Shown: positions 51,707 through 63,300 of the stretch, in pieces | Position numbering within the stretch: position 1 is the stretch's first letter | Layout: the number at the start of each line of letters is the position of its first letter | NCBI GenBank assembly: GCA_963849205.1 | Contig: CAWKGP010000005.1 | Span: 252,406-316,405, forward strand | Direction of reading: 5' to 3' | Source of the DNA: an uncultured Acidobacteriota bacterium | GTDB lineage: Bacteria > Acidobacteriota > Blastocatellia > Pyrinomonadales > Pyrinomonadaceae | DNA length: 64,000 bases | Position numbers and translations under genes: made by a program | The notes under the pieces: model-generated | The model's database searches: none | What the model was told of the DNA's origin: nothing | Seen by the model: only the letters and a program-made list of their open reading frames with translations

Positions 51707-51991
51707 ATGGCTGTCGAAAGAGCACCAGGCGGAACCAGTTTAATTGACGTCCTCGATCGTGTGCTCGACAAGGGCATCGTAATCGACGCTTGGGTGAGAA
51801 TCTCACTCGTTGGTATTGACTTGATTACGATCGAAGCCCGTGTTGTGGTTGCCTCAATCGATACTTATTTGAAATACGCTGAGGCGGTAGGGTTGACGCC
51901 TGCAGTATCCCGACCAGCACTGACACCCGGTGGGGAAGTAGTAGAAACCGAAACGCGGCGTCGAGTCAGTGTTGAAGTAGAGAAGAAGTAA
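51707..51991 (+). CDS. gvpA: Major gas vesicle structural protein GvpA (94 aa, with C-terminal extension)
   Basis: [52 protein letters not shown] is the canonical GvpA sequence pattern. Confidence 0.92.
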   Translation: MAVERAPGGTSLIDVLDRVLDKGIVIDAWVRISLVGIDLITIEARVVVASIDTYLKYAEAVGLTPAVSRPALTPGGEVVETETRRRVSVEVEKK

Positions 51992-51995
51992 AGAC

Positions 51996-52080
51996 ATTGC
52001 CGATTGCCGATTTCCAATTGCCGATTTTCTGAGCTGACAGCCGCTTATAAATCGGCAATTGGAAATTGGCAATCGGCAAT
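51996..52080. repeat. Hairpin repeat, family F (ATTGCCG units)
   Basis: attgccgattgccgatttccaattgccgattt ... aaatcggcaattggaaattggcaatcggcaat, with one mismatch. It starts 5 nt after the gvpA stop. Confidence 0.9.
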
Positions 52081-52095
52081 CATAAACAAAGGGCT

Positions 52096-54258
52096 ATGGG
52101 AGAGGTTCCCACAGAACTAGGTTATCGCAACGCCCCATCAATCTCGGATTCTGATCGGGCAAGCCCGCGCCTGCGGCAATTTGACGTCTTTATCGAGACG
52201 ACGACGCAGATGCTGGCGACGCCCAAGCTGCACGAGCGTCTGCTTCTCGCGCTCGAAGCTATCGCCACCAACTTCGGTTACCGGCAGGCAGCGATCGCCA
52301 TCATCAATGAACGTGACGCTGAATTGCGTATGCGTGCCGCAATCGGTTTCGACGGCGATACGCGCGTCGAGATGCCGCTCGACTCAAGCGCAGCGTGTGT
52401 CCGCGTAATCCACGATGCGCAACCGCTGTGGGTTTCAATCGAGGATGACGAGTCGTCGCGCAGTCTCTTCGCAAACATGCAGTGGCAGTCCGATGTCCTT
52501 GCCATACCGCTCTTTGGCATTTCGGAAATCGCTTCCAAGTCCGGAGAGTTGAGATCCTCAAGCCAGTACTGGACCTTTGAACCTGGCGCGCGGTTGGGTG
52601 TGCTGTACATCGGCGTTAACCAGGATGCCGCCGATTCCGAATCAGTAACACTCATCAAGCGTTTCGCCGAGCGCATTGGCATTGTTGCCTCTCTGGCAAC
52701 ACATCAGGAACGACTCGTCAGCACTGTTACCAAACTCCAGCGCGAACGACAGTGGATTGAGTCGATCATGAAGTCGGTCGCGGATCCGATCGTCCTTACG
52801 GATCTCGACAACGAAATACTTCTGCAAAACCGCCGCGCTGAAGAACTGTTCAGCGGTTCTGCCAACGCAGGCGAAGGAAAACGGCGCGCGTTGAAGATGA
52901 ACGACCTGCTGTTTTCTGCGTACCTCTCGAGCGCCACGGTTTCGTCGTCGGAAGTCATACAGCGAGACATCACCCTGGTCGATCCAATTGAAGGATCTGA
53001 CATTCACTTCGAAGTCATCTCAACACCTGCCGCGAATGCGCGCGGCGAACCACTCGGCCTTGTTTCGATCTTTCGCGACGTTACTGATTTGCGTGAAGCC
53101 AACGAGGAGCTGGCGCGTAACTTCGTCAAACTACAACAGGCTGAAGCAGAGTCGCGTCGCGAGCGCGATCGTCTCGACTTGATCATTGAGAACGTCGGTC
53201 ATCCGATTGTGGTTTGTGATTCGGCGGGAAATTTCATCCTCTTCAACCGGCGCGCGGAGTTGTTGTTTCAGGAGAACGCATCGTTCAAGTCATCAGCCTC
53301 TGCGGCAGTGCGCACGAATGCAGTCAAACTCACTTCGTTTATTTCCACACTTGCATCAGCGTCGGAGACGGGTCGCCAGGCAGAAATCGAGCTGATCGAT
53401 CCGGAAGATATTCGCTCATTGCCGATGGAGATAACGGCTCGTGAAGTTCTTGACGCGACTGGTCAGGTGACCGCCGTCGTCTCGATTCTTCACGACTTGA
53501 CTGAGATTCGCGAACTCGAACGCCGGCGAGTCGAACAGCAGTTATTTGAATCAGAAAAACTTGCGGCGGTGGGACGTCTCGCAGCATCAATCGCGCATGA
53601 AGTGAACAACCCGCTTGAAGCGATCAAGAACGCGCTCTACTTGATGCAATCAAGCGGCGACGGTAAAAACTCGCGCTTTCTGGAGATCGCCAGAAAAGAG
53701 ACCGAGAGAGTTTCACACATCATTCGCCAAATGCTTGGTTTTGCGCGCCGGCCGGGTGAAGTCGATTGGGTCGAGATAAACCAGTTGCTCGAAGAAACGC
53801 TCGTGTTGATGGAAAAGAAAATGCGCCAGTTGCGGATTCGCATCACGCGCGAATTCGACGAGCAACTGCCGCCTATCAGAGCTCGTGCCGATCAATTGCG
53901 GCAGGTTTTTCTCAACCTGATTATCAACGCGCAGCAGGCAATCGAGGGCGACGGTGAGATCGTGATTTCCACCTCGCGCTACGAGCAGGCGTTGCAACCA
54001 TCGATTGTTGTTCAACTGAGCGATAGTGGCATCGGTATCGCAGAAGACGATCTCGCGCGCATCTTCGATCCGTTCTTTTCAACCGGAAAGAAAGGCACGG
54101 GGTTGGGATTGTGGGTAACACAAGACATCGTCAGACAGCACGGTGGCCGCATCGAAGTGAGTAGTGAAGTTGGTCGTGGAACCGTTTTCAGCATTGTGCT
54201 TCAGATTGAATCGCCCATCCTTGAAGAACGGATAAGCGAATCTAAGGTGGCGACATAA
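52096..54258 (+). CDS. Cytoplasmic GAF-PAS-PAS sensor histidine kinase
   Basis: H-box AASIAHEVNNPLEAI, N-box FLNLIINAQQAI, G-boxes DSGIGI and GTGLGLWV. ATG 52096 is preferred because the listed start 52066 lies in the hairpin. Confidence 0.85.
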   Translation: MGEVPTELGYRNAPSISDSDRASPRLRQFDVFIETTTQMLATPKLHERLLLALEAIATNFGYRQAAIAIINERDAELRMRAAIGFDGDTRVEMPLDSSAACVRVIHDAQPLWVSIEDDESSRSLFANMQWQSDVLAIPLFGISEIASKSGELRSSSQYWTFEPGARLGVLYIGVNQDAADSESVTLIKRFAERIGIVASLATHQERLVSTVTKLQRERQWIESIMKSVADPIVLTDLDNEILLQNRRAEELFSGSANAGEGKRRALKMNDLLFSAYLSSATVSSSEVIQRDITLVDPIEGSDIHFEVISTPAANARGEPLGLVSIFRDVTDLREANEELARNFVKLQQAEAESRRERDRLDLIIENVGHPIVVCDSAGNFILFNRRAELLFQENASFKSSASAAVRTNAVKLTSFISTLASASETGRQAEIELIDPEDIRSLPMEITAREVLDATGQVTAVVSILHDLTEIRELERRRVEQQLFESEKLAAVGRLAASIAHEVNNPLEAIKNALYLMQSSGDGKNSRFLEIARKETERVSHIIRQMLGFARRPGEVDWVEINQLLEETLVLMEKKMRQLRIRITREFDEQLPPIRARADQLRQVFLNLIINAQQAIEGDGEIVISTSRYEQALQPSIVVQLSDSGIGIAEDDLARIFDPFFSTGKKGTGLGLWVTQDIVRQHGGRIEVSSEVGRGTVFSIVLQIESPILEERISESKVAT

Positions 54259-55922
54259 TGAGTCAATCATTCGATCAATCAGGAAATGATGCTCCCATGG
54301 ACGAGCCCGGGACTTTTGTTCCGCTTTTCCAGGAACCGAGACTGCTTGTCGTGGACGACGAAGAGAGTCTGCGTATCACTACTGCTGCGATCTTTGAGAA
54401 TGAAGGCTACATTGTCGACACTGCCTCGAGCGGTGACGAAGCGATTGAGTTGCTCAATAAGAAAGACTACGACCTCGTGCTTACTGACCTTCACATGGAA
54501 GGAGGCGACGGTCTTTCAGTCCTCAACAGCATCCGGCGCCAGGCTCCACTCACGATTTCAGTTGTGCTGACAGGTTTTGCGTCAGTCGAATCTGCGATCG
54601 CTGCGTTGCAGGAAGGTGCATACGACTATCTCGTGAAGCCCTGCGACATCGAAAGCATGAAGCATACGATTCGCAGAGGCGTCGAACACCGGCGACTAAT
54701 GCTGGCGGAGCAGAAAGCACGCGCGGATCTGCGACAGTTGAATGCGGATTTGGAACAAAGGATTGAAGAGCGCACTGCGGAACTCACACGCTTGAATGCG
54801 GAGCTTGCGGACGCAAACCGCGCAAAAGACGTCTTCCTCGCGACGCTCTCTCACGAGTTGCGAACCCCTCTGACGCCTGTGGTCGGCTGGATAAAACTCC
54901 TGCGCAGCGGAACACTCGATGAGAAGAGCGTGTTACAGGCACTCGATGCGATCGAGCGTAACGCCTGGCTGCAATCAAGGTTGATCGACGATCTGCTCGA
55001 CACGTCTCGCATCGCCACTGGAAAGCTTCACTTCGAACCAAAGGCAATTGATTTCAATTCGGCTGTGAAAGCTGCAGTTGATACTGTGCGTACCTCGGCC
55101 GCCGCGCGAAACATCGAGTTGAACGTATCGTTGTGGCCGGCAAGTTTGATAGTGATGGGCGAACCGGTCCGGCTGCAGCAGATAGCCTGGAACCTCATTT
55201 CAAATGCGATCAAGTTCACTGATCCTGGTGGCAAGGTCAGCATTACCACCCGACTCGAGGGCGCGCAGGCAGAACTCGAGGTGATCGATACGGGTGTCGG
55301 AATTGAACCGGAGTTTCTGCCGCACGTGTTCGATCGTTTTCGTCAGGCAGACGGCTCGACGTCAAGACGGCATGGAGGTTTGGGGCTCGGGCTGGCGATT
55401 GCCGATGCGCTCGCGAAGCTGCACAGCGGACGACTGCAAGCGCAGTCTGACGGAGTCGGGTCTGGAGCAACCTTCATTTTCAAACTCGACCTAGCGCCGA
55501 CCGGTAAAGTTGCAACAGAAACGGTGGACAATAAGCGTCATTCGCTACAGGGACTCGACGTTCTAATCGTCGAAGATTCACCGGATACACTAACGCTGCT
55601 GAGTACGATCTTCCGGCGTGAAGGTGCGAATGTAACGACCGCAGCCTCAGCCGGCGAAGCACTTACGCGTGCTGTCGATAAGCGCCCGCACATCATCGTC
55701 TCGGATATCGGTATGCCGGAGGTTGACGGCTATCAACTCCTCGAACAACTTCGTATCCTTCCCGGTCTCGCCGACGTCCCAGCGATCGCCATCTCAGGCT
55801 ATGCGAGCGAAGAAGACCGCGAGCGCGCCCTCGCCGCCGGTTACCTCGCCCTCGTCCCCAAACCGATCGACGTCGAAGCCCTCTTCGCCCTCATCCACGA
55901 CCTTAAAGCGCCGGCTGTTTGA
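54258..55922 (+). CDS. Hybrid receiver - histidine kinase - receiver protein
   Basis: REC1 LLVVDDEESL...LVLTDLHMEGGDG; H-box LATLSHELRTPLTPV; HATPase DTGVGIEPEF and GGLGLGLAIA; REC2 VLIVEDSPD...IIVSDIGMPEVDG. Start overlaps the upstream stop (TAATG). Confidence 0.9.
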   Translation: MSQSFDQSGNDAPMDEPGTFVPLFQEPRLLVVDDEESLRITTAAIFENEGYIVDTASSGDEAIELLNKKDYDLVLTDLHMEGGDGLSVLNSIRRQAPLTISVVLTGFASVESAIAALQEGAYDYLVKPCDIESMKHTIRRGVEHRRLMLAEQKARADLRQLNADLEQRIEERTAELTRLNAELADANRAKDVFLATLSHELRTPLTPVVGWIKLLRSGTLDEKSVLQALDAIERNAWLQSRLIDDLLDTSRIATGKLHFEPKAIDFNSAVKAAVDTVRTSAAARNIELNVSLWPASLIVMGEPVRLQQIAWNLISNAIKFTDPGGKVSITTRLEGAQAELEVIDTGVGIEPEFLPHVFDRFRQADGSTSRRHGGLGLGLAIADALAKLHSGRLQAQSDGVGSGATFIFKLDLAPTGKVATETVDNKRHSLQGLDVLIVEDSPDTLTLLSTIFRREGANVTTAASAGEALTRAVDKRPHIIVSDIGMPEVDGYQLLEQLRILPGLADVPAIAISGYASEEDRERALAAGYLALVPKPIDVEALFALIHDLKAPAV

Positions 55923-55926
55923 TCCC

Positions 55927-55950
55927 GAATCCGTGTTCATCCGTGGCTAA
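55927..55950. repeat. Family-E half element (right-arm type only)
   Basis: gaatccgtgttcatccgtggctaa. I found no matching left arm upstream. Confidence 0.6.
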
Positions 55951-55969
55951 ATACCGCTCTGTATTACAG

Positions 55970-55997
55970 TTGACAAAATCGCAATTGTAACTATAAT
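55970..55997 (+). promoter_or_regulatory. Consensus sigma-70 promoter upstream of the Rrf2 gene
   Basis: TTGACA (55970-55975), 16-nt spacer, TATAAT (55992-55997), 43 nt before ATG 56040. Confidence 0.55.
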
Positions 55998-56005
55998 GGT
56001 TACAA
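55985..56005. promoter_or_regulatory. Palindromic candidate operator overlapping the -10 box
   Basis: TTGTAAC-tataatg-GTTACAA (7-nt arms, 7-nt spacer) is centred on the -10 hexamer. This would fit Rrf2 autoregulation. Confidence 0.4.
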
Positions 56006-56039
56006 AAACGGCGGCCCGAGTTCCCCGAATAGATTTGAT

Positions 56040-56588
56040 ATGTCGACAAACAGCAGGTTTGCGGTGGCGGTTCATGTTTTGAGTTTGATGGCCTGGTCAG
56101 GCGAAGAACCCCTTAAATCAGAACAGGTTGCAGAAAGCGTCAACACAAATCCGGTCGTCATCCGGCGCATTTTGAAGGAATTGGCCGAAGCGGGCTTGGT
56201 TGTGTCTCAAACTGGTTCGCTCGGCGGTTCGAGGTTGGCAACTGACCCCGCCAAAACGACCTTGTTGGACGTGTACCAGGCACTCGAATACGGAGGTGTC
56301 TTTTCGTTGCACAGGCAACCTCCCAGCCGAGATTGTCCCGTTGGCGTGAATATCGAGACCGTTCTCGGAGATGTATTGTTGGAAGTTGATTCTGCGGTTG
56401 AGAGAGTGTTGCAAAACATAACCATTCACGATGTCGTACGCCGATTGAAACCCTGCAGCGGCGCGACGGCATCGAAGACGTTAGTAGAGAGGAATGGAAG
56501 GAAGAAGCACTACGACCAGAAGCAGATAAATTTGCCGCCATTGCGAGCAAAGAATCGGGGTAACGGGTCCTCGGAATTGCGTAAATAA
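56040..56588 (+). CDS. Rrf2-family transcriptional regulator (with C-terminal extension)
   Basis: [19 protein letters not shown]...[41 protein letters not shown] (winged HTH). Confidence 0.85.
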   Translation: MSTNSRFAVAVHVLSLMAWSGEEPLKSEQVAESVNTNPVVIRRILKELAEAGLVVSQTGSLGGSRLATDPAKTTLLDVYQALEYGGVFSLHRQPPSRDCPVGVNIETVLGDVLLEVDSAVERVLQNITIHDVVRRLKPCSGATASKTLVERNGRKKHYDQKQINLPPLRAKNRGNGSSELRK

Positions 56589-56610
56589 ACCGCGAGAAAG
56601 GAATATCAAT

Positions 56611-58317
<1,707 letters not shown>

Positions 58318-58350
58318 CTTTAAAGATTAGGAATCTAGGAGCGACTAATA

Positions 58351-58689
58351 ATGAGTGAACATGTGAAGGAAGTGAGCGATAGCTCGTTTGAGAAAGACGT
58401 ACTGACATCCGGCAAGCCGGTGCTGGTTGATTTCTGGGCGGAATGGTGTGCCCCTTGTCGTATGCTGGCGCCGACTGTTGCGGCTGTTGCGGAACACTAT
58501 GGCGACAACGCGAGCGTGGTGAAATTGAATGTGGACGACAACCCTTCAACTGCACAACGTTACGGCATCAAAGGCATTCCCACTCTGATTCTTTTCCGCG
58601 ACGGCAAGGAAGTCGAACGCGTGGTTGGTGCGACCAGTAAAGAATCGATCACGAGAATGATCGAGAAGTACGTGGCCATCAGAGCTTAA
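58351..58689 (+). CDS. trxA: Thioredoxin
   Basis: VLVDFWAEWCAPCRMLAP and GIKGIPTLILF. Confidence 0.95.
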   Translation: MSEHVKEVSDSSFEKDVLTSGKPVLVDFWAEWCAPCRMLAPTVAAVAEHYGDNASVVKLNVDDNPSTAQRYGIKGIPTLILFRDGKEVERVVGATSKESITRMIEKYVAIRA

Positions 58690-58713
58690 GAGTTCAGATT
58701 AGTGATTTAGAGG

Positions 58714-58747
58714 AGGCCGGATCCATCGGGTCCGGCCTTGTTGTTTG
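58714..58747 (+). terminator. Intrinsic terminator after trxA
   Basis: aggccgga-tccatcggg-tccggcct followed by tgttgtttgt. Confidence 0.55.
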
Positions 58748-58880
58748 TCAGATGGCTTAGCCCAAACATCAAAATCCCGCCCACGGCAGTGGGCGGGATT
58801 TGTGCAAGGCTGCATTGACGGCCGATCCCTCCTAGTTGCCACGGAGCTAAATTCTTTCAATTCAACCCGCGAGCGAGTAA

Positions 58881-58906
58881 GTGCTTTTTGTGCCTCTTGT
58901 GGCTAA
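58881..58906. repeat. Family-B half element (right-arm type)
   Basis: gtgctttttgtgcctcttgtggctaa directly upstream of ubiX. I saw no left arm. Confidence 0.6.
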
Positions 58907-58917
58907 AATGAAGCGGC

Positions 58918-59526
58918 ATGGAACAGACGAAGCCCGCACGTCTTATCGTCGGTATTACCGGTGCGACTGGAACCATCTTTGGTGTGCGACTACTGCAGAT
59001 GCTGCATGGCTCCGGAGTTGAGACTCACCTTGTAGTAAGCAAGTGGGCCGCACGCACGCTTACTCATGAAACTCCGCATTCATTGCAATATGTACAGAGC
59101 CTCGCGACGCAGAGCTATGGCATCGGTGCGCAGGGAGCTCCGATCTCGAGCGGTTCGTTTGTGACGATGGGAATGGTGATCGCGCCTTGCAGCATGCGCA
59201 CGCTTGCGGCGATCGCGCATGGTCTCGGCGACAATCTCATACATCGCGCTGCCGACGTGGTTTTGAAAGAGCGTCGTAAGCTGGTGCTGGTTGTACGCGA
59301 GTCGCCCTTCAGTGAGATCCATCTGGAAAACATGTTGAAATTGGCGCGCATGGGCGTCGTGATTCTTCCGCCAGTGCCGGCGTTCTACAACAACCCCCAA
59401 AACCTCGACGACATGATCAATCACATCACTATGCGCGTGATCGATCAGTTTGATATTCATCTCGACGTCATGAATCGTTGGGACGGCGTCCTGTTGGATC
59501 GAAACAGATCGACGGAAACAGAGTAG
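58918..59526 (+). CDS. ubiX: UbiX-family flavin prenyltransferase
   Basis: RLIVGITGATGTIFGVRLL, MVIAPCSMRTLAAIAHG and VLKERRKLVLVVRESP. Confidence 0.92.
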   Translation: MEQTKPARLIVGITGATGTIFGVRLLQMLHGSGVETHLVVSKWAARTLTHETPHSLQYVQSLATQSYGIGAQGAPISSGSFVTMGMVIAPCSMRTLAAIAHGLGDNLIHRAADVVLKERRKLVLVVRESPFSEIHLENMLKLARMGVVILPPVPAFYNNPQNLDDMINHITMRVIDQFDIHLDVMNRWDGVLLDRNRSTETE

Positions 59527-59536
59527 GAGCAGAGCA

Positions 59537-60214
59537 ATGGCTGAAATGGTTGAATTCCCGTTTGATGGCGGAAACACTGGGGGATATCTCGCGACACCAA
59601 AGCAGGGAACTGGTCCGGGTGTGATCGTAATTCAGGAGTGGTGGGGACTGGTGGATCACATCAAAGACGTTTGCGACAGGTTTGCAGACGAAGGATTCGT
59701 TGCGCTTGCGCCGGATATGTATCACGGCAAAACCACGAAGTCGCCGGATGAAGCGGGAAAGCTCATGATGGCCCTCAACATCGATCAGGCTGAAAAAGAT
59801 CTCCGCGCGGCTGTTCAATACTTAGTGACACAGGATTCGATGACCAGCAAGAAAATCGGTGTCGTAGGATTTTGCATGGGTGGTGCTCTGGCTCTGTTCG
59901 CGGCGACTAAGAATCAGAACATCGGCGCTTGCGTCGTGTTCTACGGGATACATCCGAAGGTCAAGCCGGACCTGCCGAACCTGAACGCGCCAGTGCTCGG
60001 TATCTTTGGAGAAAAGGACGGCTCTGTTCCGCCTGCTGCGGTTCACAATCTGGAACGTCAGATAAAAGATCTCGGCAAGCAAGTCGAAGTGAAGATATAT
60101 CCCGGCGCGGATCATGCGTTCTTCAACGACACGCGGCCGGAAGTCTATAAAGCGGAAGCTTCGGCTGATGCCTGGCAGCTTACAATCAAGTTCTTTCGCG
60201 AACACTTACACTGA
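59537..60214 (+). CDS. Dienelactone hydrolase family protein
   Basis: GPGVIVIQEWWGL, nucleophile motif GVVGFCMGG, and ADHAFFND. Confidence 0.9.
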   Translation: MAEMVEFPFDGGNTGGYLATPKQGTGPGVIVIQEWWGLVDHIKDVCDRFADEGFVALAPDMYHGKTTKSPDEAGKLMMALNIDQAEKDLRAAVQYLVTQDSMTSKKIGVVGFCMGGALALFAATKNQNIGACVVFYGIHPKVKPDLPNLNAPVLGIFGEKDGSVPPAAVHNLERQIKDLGKQVEVKIYPGADHAFFNDTRPEVYKAEASADAWQLTIKFFREHLH

Positions 60215-60299
60215 CAGTTAGTTTTTACAGGATTTACAAGATTTTTCAGGATGAACATGTAAATCATGTCTAATCTTGTAAATCCTGTAAAAAACTGAC
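60215..60299. repeat. Hairpin repeat, family C
   Basis: cagttagtttttacaggatttacaagattt ... atcttgtaaatcctgtaaaaaactgac. Confidence 0.85.
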
Positions 60300-60387
60300 T
60301 CCGGTGCCAGATCGCTAAGACTCGTGTTAATCTGAAAGTCCGTTCTCTACAAGCTCCATCTCTATTACATTCAAGAGGAATCAGTGT

Positions 60388-63300
60388 ATGAAACTGTCTT
60401 CGTGCGCATTGACCGTGATCTCGCTGTTCGTGTTACTGCCGCTTCACGTAGTTGCTCAGGAACCACCACGACCACCGGCATCGCCGTCGCCAACACCGGC
60501 GGCAAGTCCGAGTCCAACGCCCACGCCCGAAGCATCACCGACGCCACGCGATCCGATGTCGACACCGACATTCAACGGGCTCCGAATGCGGTCGATTGGG
60601 CCAGCGTTTACGTCCGGACGTATCAGTGGCTTTGCTGTCGATCCGGCGAATCCGGCGCGTTACTACGTCGCAGTCGCGTCCGGTGGTGTGTGGAAGACGG
60701 TCAATGCGGGCATCACCTGGACGCCGATTTTTGACAACGAGGGCTCTTACTCGATCGGCGCCATCGCGCTCGATCCGAAGAATCCTCTTACGGTTTGGGT
60801 CGGCACCGGCGAGAACAACAGCCAGCGAAGTGTTTCGTACGGAAACGGCCTCTATAAATCCGAAGATGGCGGCAGGAGCTGGCGCAACGTTGGTCTCAGA
60901 ACCTCCGAACATATCGGACGGATTGCGCTCGATCCGAAAGACTCAAACATCGTCTACGTCGCATCGCAGGGTCCGCTATGGGGGCCGGGCGGCGAGCGTG
61001 GTCTATTCAAAACAACCGACGGTGGCAAGACCTGGAAGAACATTCTCAACATCAGCGAGAACACAGGCGTGACCGATGTCGTGATCGATCCAAACGATCC
61101 AAACACGATTTACTGTGCCTCGTATCAACGCCGGCGTCACATGTGGACCCTTATCAACGGTGGTCCGGAGAGTGCGATCTACAAATCGACAGACGCTGGC
61201 GCCACGTGGAACAAGTTGCGGGCCGGTTTGCCGACCGTCGAACTCGGACGAGTCGGTCTCGCTATCTCTCCAGTTGATTCGAACGTGATCTACGCCACGG
61301 TGGAAGCTGCCGATCGCCGCGGTGGAATCTTCCGCTCTGGAGATCGCGGTGGCAGTTGGGAACGGCGCAATGAATTCGATACCACTGCGATGTACTACTC
61401 GCGCATCGTTGCCGATCCAAAAGACGTCGATCGCATTTACGTGATGAACGTCTTCCTGATGGTTTCAGACGATGGTGGTCGCACTCTCCGCCGGCTCGGC
61501 GAGAAGAACAAGCACGTTGACAATCACGATATCTGGATCGATCCGTCGAACACGGATCACTATCTCGTTGGCTGTGACGGTGGTATCTACGAGAGTTACG
61601 ATCGTGGACAGAATTGGGACTTCAAACAGAACCTGCCGATTCCACAGTTCTACGACATCACGACTGACAACGCGAAACCTTTCTACAACATTTACGGCGG
61701 CACACAGGACAACTTCAGTTTTGGTGGTCCATCACGGACACGCAGCGCTTCGGGTATCGTCAATTCCGACTGGTTCGTCACGAACGGCGGCGACGGTTTT
61801 CGTTCCCAGGTCGATCCGGAAGATCCAAACACAATCTACGCGACGCTCCAACACGGTGTAATCGTTCGTTTTGACAAACGCACCGGCGAACGCATCGGCA
61901 TTCAGCCACAACCCGGTCGCGATGAAGATCCGCCGCGTTGGAACTGGGACACACCATTCATCATCAGTCCTCATTTACGCACGCGACTCTACATCGCTTC
62001 CGATAAGCTTTATCGCAGTGACGATCGCGGCGACACGTGGCAGGTGATCAGTGGACAACTTTCGCGCGCTCTCGACCGGGATAAGCTGCCGGTGATGGGC
62101 AAAGTCTGGGGCATCGACGCCGTCGCGAAGAATGCATCGACCGCGTTCTTCGGCAATGCTTCCGCACTCGCTGAGTCGCAAAAGAAAGACGGTTTGATTT
62201 ACGTCGGCACTGATGATGGTCTGCTGCAAATCACGGAAGACGGCGGCAAAAACTGGCGCAAGATTGAGAAGTTTCCGGGCGTTGCCGACATGCCGTATGT
62301 CAGCCGCATAATCACTTCGAATCACGATGCGAACACGGCCTATGTAGCTTTCGAGAATCACCAGAACAACGACTTCAAGCCGTATCTTTTGAAAACGACT
62401 GACGCGGGACGAACCTGGACTTCGTTGAGCTCGAACCTGCCGAAGAATGGACCGGTGTGGGCCATCGCGGAAGATCACGTGAATCCGAATCTGCTTTTTA
62501 CGGGCACGGAGTTTGGCTTGTACTTCTCCGTCGATGGTGGCCAGAAGTGGGTCCAACTCAAAGGCGGCTTGCCAACGATCCAGGTGCGCGATCTGAACAT
62601 CCAGAAACGCGAGAACGATCTGGTAGTCGCCACTTTTGGTCGGGGAATTTACATCCTTGATAACTATGCGCCGCTGCGTTTGATCAAACCTGAAATGCTA
62701 CGTCAGGATGCAGCCGTGTTTCCAGTGAAGGACGCGCTGATGTACATTCAGTCGCAACCTCTGGGTGGACGCGGCAAGAGTTTTCAGGGCGAACGTTACT
62801 ACACTGCGGACAATCCTCCATTCGGTGCAACTGTCACGTGGTATCTCAAGGAAGCACTCAAGACAAAGAAAGAGAAGCGTCAGGAAGCCGAGCGTGAGGC
62901 CGACAGAAAGGGTGCGCCGGTCGGCTGGCCCACTCGAGCTGAACTACGGGCTGAAGAGGAAGAAGAAGCGCCCGCAATTATCGTCACCATTACAGACTCT
63001 TCGGATAACGTCGTACGACGGCTGACTGGTCCAGTGAGTGGGGGAGTTCAGCGTCTCACCTGGGATCTGCGATATCCGGCGGCAAATCTCTCCGCGCCGC
63101 CACCGCCGGATGCTGATCCGGATTTCGAACCACCTTCAGGTCCGCTCGTCATGCCCGGCACGTACAAAGCCGTGGTTGCGAAAAGAGTTGATGGCGTCTT
63201 TACACAGCTTGGTCCACCACAGCAGTTTCAGATAACAGTGGAAGGCCAGGAGAACATGTCGAGTGCGGATCATGCGGCACTCGTCGAGTTCCAGACGAAA

